Below, piece by piece: positions 50,340-63,336 of a stretch of 64,000 nt of DNA. This DNA is from Macrostomum lignano (Eukaryota), in contig NIVC01000296.1 of the NCBI GenBank assembly GCA_002269645.1, positions 620,001-684,000 of the forward strand. The letters run 5' to 3'. Each line of letters starts with the position of its first letter. The first letter of the stretch is position 1. Both the position numbers and the translations under genes were made by a program. The notes beneath the pieces are model-generated. The model saw nothing but the letters and a program-made list of their open reading frames with translations. It was not told the DNA's origin and did not search any database.

Positions 50340-53300
50340 TGTGAATTGGCTATCTTATACCGATTTGAACTGTACTGCTTTGTGCGTTTGGCTGCTCAAT
50401 TTTAGCTTACCATTTTAGACTCTCCTCCTCCATTGAAATGATCGATTTCTATTTATACGTACAGTACTTCTTCGCAATGTACATCGTTCGTCCTAACTAC
50501 ATGTACTCAGTTCTATAATACAATATAAAGGACCAACGCGTCAGTTTAGAAACGCTGTCTACAACTTGCGGCTCAAGCCAATTCAATCGCTTCGTCTCAA
50601 TCTCAATTCATCACAATGGCGACGAGGACTTTTGGCCAAATTCCAGAACTTTCAGCTGAATCAGACCTTGAAATCTACGCTGAGCGCATGAACCAATATT
50701 TCATATGCAACAAAGTTGAGACTGCCGAGGCCAAGCGTGCTATCTTTCTTACTGCCATTGGTGAGGAGTACTACAAATTGCTTCGTGACTTGTGTCAGCC
50801 ACAGAAACTGACTCAAAAATTCTACGAAGAGCTGCAGGACATACTAAAGAAGCATTGCTCGCCCGAACCTTCGGAGATCGCCGCACGTTTCAAATTTCAG
50901 CAACGTCTTCAGCAAGATGGTGAATCTTTCGCTAACTTCTTGGCAGGACTGAAAAACGCTGCAAACCATTGCAAGTTTGGCGAATCCCTTCAGGAGCGAC
51001 TTCGAGATCAGTTTTTGTTCGGAATGAGAAGCGACAATTTCCGCTCTAAGCTACTCGAGAGTTCGGATCATTCGTACGCTGGGCTGATCAAACTGGCCTT
51101 GGACCTCGAAGCTGCTCACAAATCTTCAAGCGAGATGGCGCACACTTCAGCAACCAATCGAGTCAGCGCGAATCCATCAGTGGCACGCCCGAGAGCACAG
51201 TACAACATCAGCCAACATTCTGGTCCCGCTGGATCAGCATCCAAGCCAGGCACCTGCGACAGCTGTGGAGGTCCACATTCGCGTCAGAACTGTAAATTCC
51301 GTAACTCGAAATGCCATGCTTGCGGGAAGGTTGGCCACATTAAGAAGGTTTGCAGGTCAGCAAAATCTGTGAAACTCCTGGAGGAGAATGAAACCGGGTC
51401 TCAGTACGACGAAGAAAACTACGAGGAAGAGCCAATATTTCATGTCTCAATGACTTCCAAGTCCCCGATTCTGGTGCCTCTGCAAATCGAGGAAGTGCAA
51501 TCTCATTTTGAGCTGGACACAGGATCTGCTGTAAGTCTCGTTCCTAAGGCATTCTATGATAGCCATCTGTCTCATCTGCGACTGCATCCGTCCAAGACGA
51601 CTCTGCGAACCTACACGGACCAGGAGTTCTCTCCGATCGGAGAAGTAACAGTGAAGGTCACTTACGAAGGGCAGGTAGCTTCTCTGCCGCTACTGGTGGT
51701 GTCTGAAGGCAGCGCTCGACTCCTGGGACGCAACTGGCTAACCGTCATCCGCCTAGACTGGCCTCGCTTGACAGCACCCGTCAACTAGTTGATCGCAGCA
51801 CCTAACGATATGGCTACTGAGCTGGTCCGTCAGTTTCCGGATGTCTTCGCCGAGGGTCTCGGTAAGTATCGCCTCAGTGAAGTCGATCTTCATTTACAAG
51901 AAAATGCTACACCAAGGTTTTACAAGGCGCGACCGATTCCCTATGCTCTGCGTGAGACCGTCGATTTAGAGCTTCAGCGCATGGAATCAGAAGGGGTCAT
52001 CACTCCAATAGCGACTTCTCGATGGGCTGCCCCGATTGTGCCAGTAGTAAAGAAGGACGGTTCTGTACGAATCTGCGGAGATTACAAGTGCACATTCAAC
52101 CAGGTCGCAAAGCAAGAGCACTACCCGCTGCCGAGGATCGAAGATTTATTTGCGAGACTGGGTGGCGGCCACAAATGGAGCAAACTCGACCTGGCAAAGG
52201 CATTTCTGCAGCTCCCAATATCAGAAGACAGCAAACAGTACCTCGTTATCAACACTCAACGTGGACTGTTCAAGGTGAACCGCCTGCCATTCAGTATCTG
52301 CTCGGCCAGTGCAATTTTTCAACGCATCCTTGACAGTCTGCTCGGGCATCTCAACGGCGTCCAGGTTTATCAGGACGACATCCTGGTTACCGGGTCTTCA
52401 CTGGCGGCTCACAAAGAAAATCTGCTGCAAGTCCTGCACAAGCTTCAAGAGGCCGGACTGCGTCTCAACGTCGCCAAGTGTGCTTTCTTCCAAGACTCCA
52501 TCGACTATTTGGGCCACCGAATTGACCAACACGGGCTGCGGCCGCTCGAGAGCAAGGTCGACGCAGTTCAGAACGCACCGGCTCCGAAAGACGTATCTCA
52601 GCTGCGATCCTATTTGGGAATGCTGACGCATTACGCCAAGTTTCTTCCCAATCTGGCATCAGTCGTGGCGCCGCTTAATCAGCTCTTGTCGAAGGGCGTC
52701 AGCTGGCTTTGGAGCGACCGCGAGAACGAAGCCTTCCAAGCATCGAAGCGAATGCTGCTCGAATCAAAAGCTCTGATGCACTTTGATCCAAATCTGCCGA
52801 TTCGTCTCGAGTGCGACGCTTCCGCGTACGGCATTGGCGTGGTTCTCAGTCACCGGGTGGGCGGTCAGGATCACGCGATCGCATTTGCTAGCAAGTCGCT
52901 AACTTCAGCCCAGCGAAACTATTCTCAGCTGGATAAGGAGGCACTAGCCATAATCTACGGTGTCCAACGCTTCCATCAATTCCTCTATGGTCGGCACTTT
53001 ACGATTGTCACTGACCATCAGCCTCTGCTGGGACTGCTGGGCCCAGACAAAGAGATTCCGACACGTGCAGCTGCCAGGATGCAGCGATGGGCCATCCGTC
53101 TATCTGGTTATCGGTACGCCATGGAGTTCAGGCCCACCCAGAAGCACAGCAATTGCGACTCTCTTTCTCGATTGCCTCTAAAAGGAAACTTTATTGAAGA
53201 AGAGGCGGTGCACTCGCTCACGCTCAAGGAGGACTCTTCCATTGCTGTGACTGCGGCTTTGGTCGCCAAAGCAACTCTGGCTGACCCTATACTGTCCAAG

Positions 53301-55177
53301 CTGCTTCGCCTTCTGCAATCCGGAGAGCGACTATCCGGCAAAGAATTTCCAGAGTTCGCTCATCAGCAAAACGAGATGACCATCGAAGCCGGCTGCTTAC
53401 TCTGGGGGACTCGCGTTATAATCCCGGAGGCCCTGCGCAAGGCCGTTCTACAGGAACTCCATTTGGCTCACACCGGTGCCAGTCGCATGAAAGCCCTGAC
53501 ACGCAGTTTTGTTTGGTGGCCAGGGCTGGACAAGGACTTGGAGCAGTTGGCTAGAACATGCGAAACCTGCAAGGCTCACCAGTCTGATCCAGCCAAAGCT
53601 CCGGTGCATCCTTGGATATTTCCCAGCGAACCTTGGAGAAGAATTCACTTGGACTTTGCTGGTCCTGTTAATGGGCGAGTCTACCTGGTCATCATGGACG
53701 CTCACAGCAAATGGCCCGAGGTTCGTCTAGTCAAAGATACTTCAGCAGACAGCACCATCGCACATCTCTGTGAAATCTTCAGCCGTCTGGGCCTACCAAG
53801 AATTATTGTCTCCGACAACGGGCCTCAGTTCATTTCCAGGGAATTCGCAAGCTACACGCAGCAACGGCATTCGGCATGTCACGTCAGCGCCTTACCATCC
53901 TGCTACGAACGGTCAAGCTGAAAGATTTGTACAAACACTGAAGCTGCACATCAGGAAATCCGGTCACTCCGCCACTGCTTTGCAACGCTTTCTCTTCGCC
54001 TACAGGGTAACGCCGCATTCGACTACAGGCACCTCTCCCAGCGAACTGCTTCTGGGACGTCGGCTGCGCTCCAGACTGGACCTTCTGCGGCCATCTCTAG
54101 TAGACCAAGTGCGCGATCGGCAAGAGGCTGCCGCTGAGTCCCAGCGCTGCACCCGCTTCTTCGGGATCGGCGACAATGTTCGAGTGAAAGGATTCGGCAA
54201 GGAATCCGGCTGGCTGCCTGGAGTGGTCGTCGCGGCGTCGCAACGGAACTACGATGTTCGAGTTGGCACCAGCATCGTCCGGCGGCACGTTGACTAGATG
54301 CTGCCTGATTCGGCGCAGCCTCCGCCATCCGCCGCTGACTCTCAGCACCTCGGCACCAGCATCTCGACTCCATCGTCGGCGCCTCCGGCTCTAGATGTTC
54401 TGAGCCCCGCGGCTGTCTCCGAGTCCGCTATCCAGCCACCATCGGAGGAAAGAGCCGCGGTCCCCGCAGGCCCGGCAGACAAGGCGGCAGCCGCGGACGC
54501 GGACGTACCTGACCAGTTGCCAGAGGGTGCGACCCGCCGATACCCGCCTCGAATTCGGTCATGTCCAGAGCGACTTCAAGTGAGGGTGTGATAGTGACTG
54601 TGCGGGAGCTGACTATGATCTTGAACTGACTTTTCGCAAATTCTCCTGTCCTCATGCAACCCATTATTACGTATGTTTCTCCAATACAAATTATTGATTC
54701 ACTACTAATTCTAGTTTTCGACAATGCAATATTTCGCTATTTTGTTCGACACAATTTTATTTCCTTACTTTTCATCTGCTCTGCAATTGTGTTTGCTAAT
54801 TCGATTGTTTTCCAATACTACAATACTACATGTACGCTATCGTCGATTCGCTTTTCGTAAAAATTCATCTCATTGATCCCACTTCCCCTTGGGGAGGGAA
54901 GTGTGAATTGGCTATCTTATACCGATTTGAACTGTACTGCTTTGTGCGTTTGGCTGCTCAATTTTAGCTTACCATTTTAGACTCCCCTCCTACATTGAAA
55001 TGATCGATTTCTATTTATACGTACAGTACTTCTTCGCAATGTACATCGTTCGTCCTAACTACATGTACTCAGTTCTATTATACAATATAAAGGACCAACG
55101 CGTCAGTTTAGAAACGCTGTCTACAACTTGCGGCTCAAGCCAATTCAATCGCTTCGTCTCAATCTCAATTCATCACA
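50340..55177 (+). mobile_element. Full-length Ty3/Gypsy (Mag-type) LTR retrotransposon
   Basis: 276-bp LTRs 50340-50615 and 54902-55177 (3 mismatches), TSD CTTTT, PBS TGGCGACGAGGA (tRNA-Ser(GCU)-type 3' end), PPT GGGGAGGGAAG. Confidence 0.97.
50616..54591 (+). pseudogene. Gypsy gag-pro-pol with lesions
   Basis: Gag CCHC x2, protease ELDTGS, RT YQDD, RNase H, integrase. In-frame TAG at 51786-51788 and 54295-54297; frameshift at ~53860. Confidence 0.9.
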
Positions 55178-55317
55178 CTTTTACTTTTACTCGATGGGGG
55201 ACATCTGTATAGAATCTCTGTTCTCTACAAGTAACAAAAAGACAGCCAAATAAAGCCTTCACAAAGACAACAGACAAACTGCTCAAATAAAGTGTAATGC
55301 AAAAAGAAATCATGCCA

Positions 55318-55500
55318 AGACAGCAAGCATCCCCCAGATAGCAAGCATCCCCCAGATTGCAAGCATCCCCCAGATAGCAAGCATCCCCCAGATAGCAAGC
55401 ATCCCCCAGATTGCAAGCATCCCTCAGATAGCAAGCATCCCCCAAATAGCAAGCATCCCCCAGATAGCAAGCATCCCCAAATAGCAAGCATCCACCAGAC
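55318..55500. repeat. 18-bp minisatellite (AGCAAGCATCCCCCAGAT)n
   Basis: About 10 units. Confidence 0.93.
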
Positions 55501-55589
55501 AATAAGTAGCTAGTGCAACAATTTCCTTAGCTCTATAGTGGCTCCTTTAAAATTGGCATGACGCTTACTTTTACGTTTGAAATTGTGTA

Positions 55590-56050
55590 TCTTTTATGTT
55601 TGACATGGTGGCTCTTTTATGTTTGACATGGTGGCTCTTTTATGTTTGACCTGGTGGCACCTCAATGTAATGATGGCTCTTTAATGTTTGACCTGGTGGC
55701 ACCTCAATGTAATGATGGCTCTTTAATGTTTGAAATGGTGGCTCTTTAATGTTCGACATGGTGGCTCTATAATCTTCGACATGGTGGCTTTTTAATGTTC
55801 GACATGGTGGCTCTTTAATGTTCGACATGGTGGCTCTATAATCTTCGACATGGTGGCTCTTTAATGTTAGACATGGTGGCTCTTTAATGTTCGACATGGT
55901 GGTCCTTTTATGCTTGACATTGTGGCTCTTTAATGTTTGACATGTTGGTTCTTTTATGTTTGACATGGTGGCTCTTTAATGTTTGGCATGGTGGCTCTTT
56001 GATGTTTGACATGGTGGCTCTTTAATGTTAGACATGGTGGCTCTTTAATT
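55590..56050. repeat. 23-bp minisatellite (GACATGGTGGCTCTTTAATGTTC)n
   Basis: Tandem repeat with variants. Confidence 0.92.
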
Positions 56051-57185
56051 TTTAACGTTTGTTAAACGTTTTTGACGTTTGTAACGCAAGAATTTTTTGT
56101 ATTTTTCGCGAATAAACTTGAAAAGTACAAAGTGAAACTTATGAACATGGCATTAAAAGTACAACCGATATGTCTCGTATACATAGCGTGTGCAATGGCT
56201 GCATGTGACCAGATGAGTTCCTTTATTACTCTACGTTAGTCTATAGTCGCAGCCCTCGGATTCGCTCATTCCTGCCCTCAAATCCATAGTCAGAACAATC
56301 AGTTCGGCTCTATTTCCTTAGCCTTTGCGCTTTGCCAGACTATTCAAATTTGTTTCGCCAAAGATTAAGAAATGAAGTAAGACAAAAGCTTCATTCAGGG
56401 CCTTCGCCTTAGTTAAAATTGACATCTTGTGAGTTTCGTATATTATTCAACTTTCAATATATGGAAGACGAAGGCCCCGTCGCAAGTTGATGCAAATCGT
56501 TTTTTATGAGCTTACAGTCCACGTTACAGGTGACTTGAGATATTTTTGATTTTTGAAAAAAGACTGTCACTCGTAGTTTGCCTAAAAATCCATATACTAA
56601 AATTCACTCTAGCTAATGTTAAGTTTTTGCGAACCTTGGAAAACTAAAAACGAAATTGTTTCGTCTTTTGCATAAATTTGCGATATAAAATAAGTAAAGT
56701 TTTTACACGAATTATAATGAAATTTCAGGTGAAAAATAAAAGACAAAATTAACTGCTCATCAAAGATTGAATTCATTAAAAGCAGTGCAAAAGAAGGTTT
56801 GTTTCAAAAGTTACTTTCGGCTAATATGAAATTGCCTTAAAATACAAATTAACTGTAAAGTGCAAATTGACTGTAAAAATTAATACAATGAATAAAATAA
56901 GCCTAATTGAGCTTCAACATAAAGTTCATCAGCTATTAGCTCGTACTCACTGCCATGCAATATCTACGCTTCGTTAGAAATGAGGCTGGGGCAATAAGTT
57001 TCCTGCGATTCTTTTAGGAATGAGAGCTATTGACAGCTATTGCTTTAGAGAATGTGAGCTATTACTTAAAAGATATGGGGAAATAATTATTCTATTTTTC
57101 CTAAAAAATAAATGAATATACTTTCTAGCCTTTTGCAATAATAAGGAAAATTATTGCTCACCCCTCATTTTTTACGATAAATAAA

Positions 57186-60100
57186 TTAGTCTTCAGTGAG
57201 AACTTCTGGAAACACAACGTTTCTGGTCCTTGTTCCCGGAATCCGGACGCGAACATTTGCCGCGTTCTTTGCTCGTGACAGCGCCGTGTACAGCTGGCCA
57301 TGCGTGAAGCAACCGACTGACAGGTCAATGCCAACTGTGTCCAGAGACTGTCCCTGCGACTTGTGAATCGTCAGGCAGAAACTCGGCTTCACAGGGAACT
57401 GCAGCCGCTTAAAACTGACGGGGAGGTCCGCATTGCTAGGAATCAGCGGTATTCGCGGCAGAAGAATCTCGTCTCCCGTGAACTGGCCGGCGGCAATCTT
57501 GCATCTAAGCACGTTCTCGCCCATTGCGAGTATGATCAGCCGCGTACCATTGCACAATCGTGGCGGGTTGATGTTTCTGAGAAGAACTACTGGCATACCC
57601 ACTTTTAGCCTCAGCAAGTGAATCGGAAAGTTCGGGGCATCCAGCTGGTTGAGCAACTCAGGCGGGAAGTGCATAGCGGCATCCTCATGGGCCACACTGT
57701 CTATTGAGCGGTACTCCCGCAGGCTGCCGGGGAACATGCCCAGGCACGTCTCGTTGATGGCATCCACTGAGTCATTGTACGGCGCCAGGATCGCTCGGCT
57801 TGCAAAGTAGCCGTCCCTCTCCACTGACGCCTCAAACGATGGGTACACAAAATTTATCAGATCATTGAGCGGCGCCTCCGCAGAAATGATGATCTCAGCA
57901 GGAAGAGACACTTTCTCCTCTGCATCCTGCTCAATTGTTCCGGATCCGATCTGGGGGAGTTAAAAGTCAAATATTTAAAACGCTAGACAGACTTTAAGCT
58001 AGGCATTCTTGAATAAGCCACAATTTTTAAAATGGAGCTCTCAACACGAAAGAAACCGAATATCCTTAAATCTTCCAATATTTAAACTGATGAAAACAAA
58101 CTTACCTGCTTGAGTAGCTCGTTGTATCTCAAATACGTTGCAGAATCGGAACTGCTCAGCAATCGGATGTTTCTTGTAAGGCGATGCCGCCGGAAAAATT
58201 TCCACAGTGGGGATCTGCTGACACACGCCATGACGCTGTTGGCTCGAGTCCTATGCACCACAACGGGCAGCAGCTGGCGAAAGTCCCCAGCGCAAACGAA
58301 AACCACTCCGCCGAATGGCACGTCCTGCTTCCGCACGTCTCGCAAGCACCGGTCGACGGCCTCCAAATCCTTCCGGTTTGTCATAGAAATCTCGTCCCAG
58401 ACAATTAGACGCACTGTCCGAAATACAGCGGCCTGTTTGGACTGCGCTCCAACAGCGCACACGTCTTTGCTCGAACGGATCGCCCGAATTGGTATCTTGA
58501 ACCTGGCATAGACAAATAGTTTCACCATGCCGAACATATTTACAGCACACGAAATATTTACAACTGCTTTTTGAAATATTGACAATAAATTACTCACGTT
58601 GAATGCGCCGTCTGTCCACCTGGCAAAAGAGTCGCTGCGATTCCAGAAGCCGCAACGGCGAGGGCGACTTCACCCCGGCTGCGCACGAAGGCTAGCAGAA
58701 CCTCTAGCAGGAAGGTCTTGCCAGTGCCAGCAGGTGCGTCCAGGAAGTGCAAGCCGCTGGTGCCGTCCACAAGATTCTGAGTCACGGACTCGTACACCGC
58801 TTTCTGCTCATCTGTCAGCATTGGTAAGCGCGCCTCAGTAATCAGTGCTTGCTCAACCGTATCAAACTGCATTGGTCCATCTTGAGGTGTCACGGAGGCC
58901 GCAGGCAGGCCGTACTCTGGCAGGCTTCTCCCGCCCATGGAGATCAGCATGCTCTGAAGCTCACGCAGCGCCAGGTCAGTAATCTCCTCGGTGCTCAAGT
59001 CTCGGTGGTGAAACCGCAGGTCCTCGCTGAGATCCTCGGCAAAACTGCACCAGAGGTCGCTGCCATCCTCAGGCTCACCCCATATGAGAATTACGGCCAG
59101 AAGATGTCTCAGGGCTCTTGGCATTCTTGACTGAACGGCCTCAGCTAGACACCGCCGCCAGTGATCATCTCGCTGCAGCAGGCCAAGGGCCATGCAAGCA
59201 GCCTTGGCGCTCGGATGCACAACGCCGTCCACGGTCTGCAGCGCCTCGAAGCTAGTCGGTCCCCTAACATTCAAAAGGAGCATTCGAACATAAAATAAAT
59301 CACCTGCTCTTGGACTCACCGTGTACATGCGTGCAACGTTTTTGTTCCGCACTACACCCGGATGGCCATCGACTCGCACACCCTGCTTGGCCCGCCGCCA
59401 CTCTCTTTCGCTGGAGTGCCACACAAAGTAGGACGGCACCTCCGTGTAGAGCAAGGACCCAGCAAATTCGTCAGTACGGCACAGCTTGAAAAATGCCGTC
59501 AACGTCGAATCCTTCGGCGTTCTCGCTTTTGCTCTTGCGGTCCCCTCGTTGAAATACACGAGCTGCTCTTCCGACTTGTGAACGCAGAGTCGGATGACCG
59601 CCGGAAACCTGTTGTGCACCTGATCAGAAAGGGAAAGGAAAATATACAGCCTTTAAGTTTCGATGGAAATTCAATTTATACTATGACGAGGTTTCACAGC
59701 TCTGGTTAAAATGAGCCAATAATAATTAGAACGCGAATTACTTCAAAGCCCAAGATGGTATTCACGGCTTCCATTGGACCAATGTAGCGCGCGGACAGGT
59801 ACTCCTTAATCTCATCACGCGGCTCATTTCGTGTCGTTTGCGTCGACCGCTGGTTACCCACTGCCTGCTCTCTCGGTTCAGTAGAATTCCTATTGGCATC
59901 GACTTTGAACGTCGCCATGTCGCCACCCTTTAGCAGGTACTTGATCACGTACTTGACCGACTTCACAGTGGCGCAAACTTCGACGTTCAAGTGGCACGCA
60001 AACTGGAGCAACAGGTCAGGGCTGTACGGAACGACCCACCTGTTTTAATGAAAAAATAATATCATTAACTTTCAGAAACAAAAGCTGCAATGCACAACTA

Positions 60101-63100
60101 AGCAATATATTAGCGTTTGAACTTCCCTGTTGTCCATGCGAATGCTCCGGCCTTTGAACAGTTTGTCCACTGTAAATCCGCCCATCTCAGGCGATAGTCT
60201 GCGGTACAGTGGGTAGCCAGTATCGCTGGTCAGCGTCACCTGCTGGAACTCTTTCGGAAAGCCCTTGCTGCATTCGCCATTCTCCATGCAAGGACACGCC
60301 GGATTCTCCTTGCCGCAGGGGCCATGGATCATGTGCGTCTTCACCAGCTCATACAGCACAGGCTGCTGCTCTGGGTCCGGAATCTCGGCAGACACGATGT
60401 CATCGTATCGGTCCGGAGTCACTCGCTGACCGCTCACGAGCCACAGTAGAAAGTGCACATGGGGAAGACCTGGAGCGTCAAAAAAAGTATTAAAAAATAT
60501 CACAAAACCTTTGTAAATCTAAATTTTAATAAATCTTAAAACTTTGATTCTTGCAAGTCAGAATTTTTACTCACCACGCTTCTGGTACTCCAGTGAGCAA
60601 ACGTTAGCGGCCTCTTTCCCATAGCGCTTGGTCAACTGGGCCAGAAGAGCTTTCCTCTTCATTTCAAAGACTCGGCTAACAATGTCCGGCCGGTCTTCTG
60701 CCCGCTGTCCAGGCAGCAGCTGAGCGCTGATCTCCGGCCATTTCGGATTGCACGTTGCGGTGACAAACAGGTCCGGCTTACCGAACTTGTGAACATAGGT
60801 CATAGCGTCCTGTAGCCTCTCCATCAGGTACCTTGGCCCGCCAACGAAGCTCGAAGACAGAAGCACATGCGCGGGCTTGCCTATGTCACTCGGATCTCTG
60901 TCGGTAGACCTGCCATCAGCTGCAAACAGAGCGTCCCGCAGACCGCTGTATGTCTCGCTGCGCAGGTCCTGCTGATGGGTCCGCAAATACAGCAGCCTCT
61001 CTGCCTCAATCTTGGCACACATGTCCACCAAGTACTGCTGAAATAATCTTCGGCCATAGTGCAGCACACTGAACTGGCCCGCTCGCACCATGATTTCGCT
61101 CGCATAGTATTTCATGGGCGTCAATTTCTTGCCATTACTCATCAGCAACTCCGGGTGCCAGCCATCTTCGCCATTCGGGAACAGCAGCACATACTCCAGC
61201 GGGTCATATGAGCGGTGCGTCTCGCTGATTCTCTGGGAACCGCCACCACGCAGTTGAATCACGACGTCCCGACTGGCCGGTGTGTTCTCATTGTCCTCCA
61301 CAATCAGGATACCGACCTCGTTCGCCGTAGGCAAGTTGTAGCGCCTGATTTTGAACGGAGTTTGTGGGATACAGAGTCTGTACAAATTGGATAATTGGAT
61401 AATTTATTACGCAAAATATCTTATTAGAATGTCTTGCAGACATACCGAATGTGTTCCCCAGATGGTCGACGGTCAGGGTGAATTACGATTCGCGCATCTC
61501 CCAACTCCGGATCTTGACTGATTCGATGAGCGACTGCCCTCAGGCTGCGGACATAGCCGTTGCACTCGTGAAGCAGCGTCTGCAAAAGCTCCAGTAGCTC
61601 CGGCTTCACCTTCTGGCTGAGACTCTGGCGGCTTTCAAGTTCGCGATCATTGAAATACACCTGCCAGCCATGGGGCTCAGCTGAATCCTCTGCAAACAGC
61701 GGCGCCGTGTTGTGATGCAACTGGCCGCTGATGATGAAGCTGGGACACCAGCCTGGCACCAACCGCAGTTTGGCACCCAGCGATGTCAGGTGCAGCGCCG
61801 AGTTGTAACTCCGAATGGTGGTAAGGAACTCGGCACTCATTCTGTGCCGCCCCAGGTACAGATCTGCCAGCACTTGAGGCACGGTGCGGCTGGGCAGCTG
61901 CACCTTGCCTTTGGCGCAGCAGAAATTCCTCGTCTCAGAGCACCAAAGTAATGCACCGCATTGGTCGCATGCTCTGTCCATTGGGCCACAGTTATGGGCT
62001 GGCGCTTCAGGCCTGATAATCCGTTCTGGCCTGTGATTGGAAGGATTAGGATTAGGAAGGATTAATGGCAAACAGTTTTCCCAGTTAATCTTTCAGCTTA
62101 CAAAAAAATTTATTGGAATAAAACAACTTGAGTTCGATGACAAATAAATTATGATGACCAGTCACACCAATGACCTACCTCTCTTGAGCAGGTCTTGCGC
62201 CACAATGACCTGCACTCTGCTGAGTTAGTCTTGGCTCCTCTGCATCTACAATGGGCTCAGAAACTGGAATCGGATTAGCAAATCGCAATGACTCATAATG
62301 CTCATGACGCAAAAGAATTCGGACGATTGCAATCGGTGGCTGCAAAGGGGACATACAGTACTGCAATACAGTGCCGTTTTCTTGATAAATCACCAGATCA
62401 ACATTAAAACAACGGCTTAAAAGCGGAACAACTTCATCAGGCACATATGTGCCTTCAGAAAAAGAGGAATCAACAATGAAATCAGCATTTTCTGGCAAAA
62501 CAAAGCCTTGTTCAATCAATTCTGGCATAATCTGCACTACACGGCTCGTCAGCTCGTGTCTTAAAGATGCCGCATCGGTCTCAAATGGAGTGCCCTGCAA
62601 CTGGTCACAGACTGCATAAAAAAAACAGTTCCCATCACCAGGAATGCGAATTATGCGCAACGCATCAAAAGGTACCACAGACGGTGTGGCCAACTCACTA
62701 CTATCAAACCTGGAATATAGGAAAAAAATTATACACAACTTCATTTGCCGGTAATTAAAGTAGTGACGAATAAATTTTATGCTATTCTATACTGATCTCT
62801 TAAATAAAACTCTTGGAAAGCAATCGACTTGAAAAGATGAGAAAAAATGCACGAAACAGATTCCAGTTTTTAATTATATGCCCAAGTACCAATAAAACAT
62901 CAGCTAAGATAGAAAATACCCCGAATTAGGCACAATGGGCACTTGGATTTTATATAGCTATAAAATATATAGCTCCAATTAAAATGTCATCCTACCTGCC
63001 AGCCGACACTCCTCGACGGCGAATTTGCTCGGCTTCCACTCGAGCTCTTCGTTGCTCTTCGGTTTCTGAAGCGCGTCGCTTCTCCGCACGAGTTCTGTCT

Positions 63101-63336
63101 CCACATTTACGCTCTTCTCGCTGAGCGTCGGTTTCAGTTGCCCTTCGCTCAGCCTCCTGCTGCCGGTGTCCAGCCAGCCGCTCTTCTCGCTGCGCGTCAG
63201 TCTCCATGGCCGTTCGCTCATTCTTCTGCTGCCGCAGTCCAGCCAGCCGCTCCTCTCGCTTAACGGCACTCTGTTGCTGACGCTTCTTCTTGGCATCTCT
63301 GCTCTTCTTCAATGCGCTGGTGCCACGTCGAGCCAT
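57186..63336 (-). mobile_element. Helitron transposase gene, 9 exons (63336-62996, 62709-62179, 62030-61446, 61344-60575, 60469-60127, 60039-59742, 59619-58598, 58502-58106, 57950-57186), ~1683 aa: STPR-like repeats, OTU protease, Zn finger, HUH Rep, PIF1 helicase; element termini not located
   Basis: GDGNCFF..HEHYESL (OTU); CDQC..CC; FGKPDLFVT.TCNPKWPEI; RGLPHVH; KYLLKG; APAGTGKT; WDEISM; GDFRQLLPV; TIHKSQGQSL; HGQLYTALSR. Exon total 5052 nt, in frame; 7 of 8 introns GT-AG, one GG donor. Confidence 0.93.

Noticed and set aside
44838-54297. Three in-frame TAG codons at probable Gln positions (44838, 51786, 54295), suggesting TAG=Gln recoding
   Set aside because: CAG>TAG is a single common transition, the elements carry other lesions, and the first Gypsy pol ends normally in TAG at 1438-1440; no evidence of code change
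55500-55545. Helitron 3' terminus (CTAG at ~55510)
   Set aside because: Not followed by the T of an AT target, and the upstream hairpin is weak; termini left unassigned
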